Source: an uncultured Actinomycetota bacterium | GTDB lineage: Bacteria > Actinomycetota > Actinomycetes > JAHEKZ01 | Length of the DNA stretch: 64,000 bases | Assembly (NCBI GenBank): GCA_963829525.1 | Contig: CAWHIJ010000003.1 | Span: 2,720,001 to 2,784,000, forward strand | Reading direction: 5' to 3' | Shown: positions 61,243-64,000 of the stretch, piece by piece | Layout: each line of letters begins with the position of its first letter | How positions within the stretch are numbered: position 1 is the first letter of the stretch | Notes under the pieces: model-generated | Database searches by the model: none | What the model was told of the DNA's origin: nothing | The model's input: the letters and a program-made list of their open reading frames with translations, nothing else | Program-made: the position numbers and the translations under genes

Positions 61243-62463
61243 CTATGCCACCGGGTGACGAGCGTCGTAGCGGACGAAGCCACCGTTGCGCAGGGCGAAG
61301 AAGATCGTCGCCGCGATGCACGAGACACCACCGATCACGATTGCCGCGTGCTCACCAAACAGACCCGCAGTGCTCCCGATCAGTGCATCACCGAGACGTG
61401 GCCCTCCCGCCACGACCACGACGAAGACGCCTTGCAGACGTCCTCGCAGCTCGTCGGGTGTCGCCACCTGCAAGATCGTCGAGCGGAAGACCGCGCTCAC
61501 CATGTCGGCGGCTCCGGTGAGCGCCAGGAAGAAGAGCGCCCACGTGAAGATGTCGGTCAGACCGAAGAAGGCGACGGCTGCGCCGTAGCCGCAGACCATC
61601 ACCACCACCATGAGTCCCTGGCGGCGCACCGTGCCGAGCCATCCGGACAACACGCCAGCAAGCACCGAACCGACAGCGGGGGCCGCCGCCAACAGCCCGA
61701 CCGTGCGGGCGCCACCGCCGAAGGTCGTGGCGGCGAGCGCGGGGAAGAGTGCTCGAGGTTGGGCCAGCACCATGGCGCACAGGTCGATGATGAAGGTCAT
61801 CAGCAGATTGCGTCTGGTCGAGAGGAACCGTAGCCCCACCCACACTCCGGCCCAACCAGTGCGATGGACGTCGGCCTCGGGTGCGATGGCGGGCAGTCTG
61901 AAGAGCCCGTACATCGCGGCGCTGAAGAGCAGCGCGTCGATTGCATAGGCCGCGGTCAGGCTGTAAGCGTCGATGACAAGGCCACCAAGCAGTGGACCAA
62001 GCATGAACCCCGCGCTGAACGTCAGCGTGGTGAGGGCGTTGGCCGCAGGCAGCAGACTCGGCTCGATCAGCCGAGGCACGATCGCCGACCTCGCGGGAGT
62101 GTTGACTGCGAAGAACGCCGACTCCGCGGCGATCACGACATAGAGCAGCCACACCTGATCCAGCCCAAGCCAAGCCTGGCCGACCAGTACCAGCGAACAG
62201 AGCCAGAGGCCCGTCGACGACCACAGTGCGACCTGACGACGGTCGTGGGTGTCCGAGATGGAGCCCCCGTAGAGCCCAAAGATCACGAGGGGGAAGAAGG
62301 CAGCGAGTCCGATCATTCCGACCGCGAAGCTGGAGCCGGTGATCGCGTAGACCTGGATGCCGACGGCGACGGCGGCCATCGACTGGCCCACCTGTGCCAA
62401 CGTCCAACCACCCCACATCCGCCGGTACTCGGGGCTGACCCGCAAGGGACGCAGATCGAGCAT
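61243..62463 (-). CDS. MFS transporter (EntS/DHA3-like)
   Basis: DLRPLR...YRRMW, ITGSSFAVG, PDELRGRLQG, GGPRLGD. Confidence 0.88.
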   Translation of the reverse strand: MLDLRPLRVSPEYRRMWGGWTLAQVGQSMAAVAVGIQVYAITGSSFAVGMIGLAAFFPLVIFGLYGGSISDTHDRRQVALWSSTGLWLCSLVLVGQAWLGLDQVWLLYVVIAAESAFFAVNTPARSAIVPRLIEPSLLPAANALTTLTFSAGFMLGPLLGGLVIDAYSLTAAYAIDALLFSAAMYGLFRLPAIAPEADVHRTGWAGVWVGLRFLSTRRNLLMTFIIDLCAMVLAQPRALFPALAATTFGGGARTVGLLAAAPAVGSVLAGVLSGWLGTVRRQGLMVVVMVCGYGAAVAFFGLTDIFTWALFFLALTGAADMVSAVFRSTILQVATPDELRGRLQGVFVVVVAGGPRLGDALIGSTAGLFGEHAAIVIGGVSCIAATIFFALRNGGFVRYDARHPVA

Positions 62464-62582
62464 CAGACGGCGGGGCACTTGGCACATCCTGCCCGGTCAT
62501 AGGGGTCGACGCCGATTCTGAGGTGACCACAGACCCCCGCATGATCGGACCGGCGACATCACCTCCGCATCGTGGGAGGCTG

Positions 62583-63179
62583 ATGGCCATGACCGACACC
62601 CCACACAAGGACGACCTGCACGGCTACCTCACAGGCGCGCGTAAGGCGCTGCTCTGGAAGCTCGACGGTCTCTCCGAGTACGACATGCGGCGTCCGCTGG
62701 TTCCGACAGGAACCAACCTGCTGGGCATCGTCAAACATGTGGGCAGCGTTGCCGCCGGCTACTTCGGCGAGTGCTTCGGACGTCCGTTCCCCGAACCACT
62801 GCCCTGGTTCGCCGACGACGCCGAACCGAACGCTGACATGTGGGCCACTCCAGAGGAATCAAAGGAGTTCATCCTGGGTGTTTACGAACGCGCCTGGGCA
62901 CATGCCGACGCAACCATCGAGGCACTTCCTCTCGATGCCACCTCGAACGTGCCTTGGTGGCCAGACGGCCACAACACCCCCACGCTGCACACCCTGCTCG
63001 TCCACATGACGGCCGAAACTTACCGGCATGCTGGGCAAGCCGACATCGTGCGCGAGCTCATTGACGGCGCCGTCGGATGGCGCGACGGCAACTCGAACGT
63101 GCCAGACCTCGAAGAGCGCGCATGGGTGGAGTACTACGAGCGGCTACAGACTGCTGCGGAGCGGTTCAAGGAAGCCTGA
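62583..63179 (+). CDS. DinB/DUF664 family protein
   Basis: LLWKLDGLSEYDMRRPLVPTGTNLLGIVKH, HMTAETYRHAGQADIVRELIDG. Confidence 0.9.
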   Translation: MAMTDTPHKDDLHGYLTGARKALLWKLDGLSEYDMRRPLVPTGTNLLGIVKHVGSVAAGYFGECFGRPFPEPLPWFADDAEPNADMWATPEESKEFILGVYERAWAHADATIEALPLDATSNVPWWPDGHNTPTLHTLLVHMTAETYRHAGQADIVRELIDGAVGWRDGNSNVPDLEERAWVEYYERLQTAAERFKEA

Positions 63180-63222
63180 GTGTGAACTGTTGGCCGCGAT
63201 GACCGCGGCTAGCTCTTCACAC

Positions 63223-63870
63223 TCAGGGCGAGAGCCGCTCGATCGTCCAGTCGCCAGCCGACCGCCGGTAGCGCACGCGGTCGTGCAGCCGGTTCGGGCG
63301 TCCTTGCCAGAACTCGATCTCGTCAGGGACGAGGCGGTAACCACCCCAGAACTCCGGAACCGGAACAAAGGCGCCGTCGGGGTACTGCTCGCTGAGGGCG
63401 AGATAGCGCTCACCGAGCACCTGACGCGAGGAGACCACCTCGCTCTGCCGCGAGGTCCACGCACCGAGCTGGCTGCCATGTGGGCGGGAGTGGAAGTAGT
63501 CGGCCGTCTCTTCCGCACTCACCTTCTGCACAGCACCGGTGACAGTCACCTGCCGCTCGAGGTCAAGCCAGGGAAAGCAGAGCGAGGCCTGAGGGTTCTC
63601 GGCCAGATGTTGACCCTTCGTCGAACCGTAGTTGGTGAAGAAGGTAAAGCCTTCCGAGTCGGCGACCTTCAGCAACAACGTCCGCGCTCTTGGGCGCCCC
63701 GAAGCGTCAGCCGTGGCCAACACCATCGCGTTCGGCTCCATCAGGTCGGCGGCAACGGCGTCCCGCAGCCAGCGCAGGAACTGGGCAACCGGGTCCTGGT
63801 CGACGTCGGCCACGTCGAGGCCGGCGAGTTCGTAGCTACGCCGCAGCGCGGCGAGAGCGGCGGGGTCCAT
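63223..63870 (-). CDS. pdxH: Pyridoxamine 5'-phosphate oxidase
   Basis: [53 protein letters not shown]. Confidence 0.96.
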   Translation of the reverse strand: MDPAALAALRRSYELAGLDVADVDQDPVAQFLRWLRDAVAADLMEPNAMVLATADASGRPRARTLLLKVADSEGFTFFTNYGSTKGQHLAENPQASLCFPWLDLERQVTVTGAVQKVSAEETADYFHSRPHGSQLGAWTSRQSEVVSSRQVLGERYLALSEQYPDGAFVPVPEFWGGYRLVPDEIEFWQGRPNRLHDRVRYRRSAGDWTIERLSP

Positions 63871-64000
63871 GGGACCATTCTGGCGCCCCGTCCCGGGCCG
63901 CGCATACCGCCAGCAGCAGGGTCGGGTTAGATAGCGGTGAGCAGCGACCCTGCCGACCCAGACCCACCGCGTCGAGGAGTGCCCACCATGGCGAACTCGG

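Noticed and set aside
63988-64000. Start of a gene divergent from pdxH (GAGGAG...ATG)
   Set aside because: Only four codons in the window; product cannot be supported

Overview
High-GC actinobacterial chromosomal window (IdeR, pdxH, DUF222-HNH with a TCGAAC-N4-GTTCGA SOS box, MMPL). The most unusual structure surrounds a tRNA-Arg(CCT) gene (12133-12208) that has been hit at both ends. On its 5' side are two tandem cargo-carrying elements (3648-7290 and 7301-12131). Each is bounded by short inverted repeats (GGACGTGCGG...CCGCACGTCC), each ends in a truncated DDE-type transposase, and they are separated by exact copies of the first nucleotides of the tRNA gene (CGCCCTCGTA at 3638, 7291, 12132). 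This looks like a transposon family that targets the tRNA 5' end and stacks into an ordered array. On the 3' side is a decayed tyrosine-integrase island with a degenerate att repeat at 15003-15046. Downstream are: a cyclic-nucleotide signalling neighbourhood (GGDEF, MBL hydrolase, cNMP-binding protein, cyclase-ATPase-TPR, large secreted protein, MFS-cNMP fusion, CRP-like box); a sulfur-redox cluster (Mo-oxidoreductase, 4Fe-4S/NrfD, TusA, DsrE, rhodanese-MBL, SulP, ArsR); a second CstR-type persulfide cluster; and housekeeping genes. Several genes carry frameshifts, densest at 30.7-35.5 kb, which may be assembly indels. All calls come from reading motifs by eye; no searches were run.
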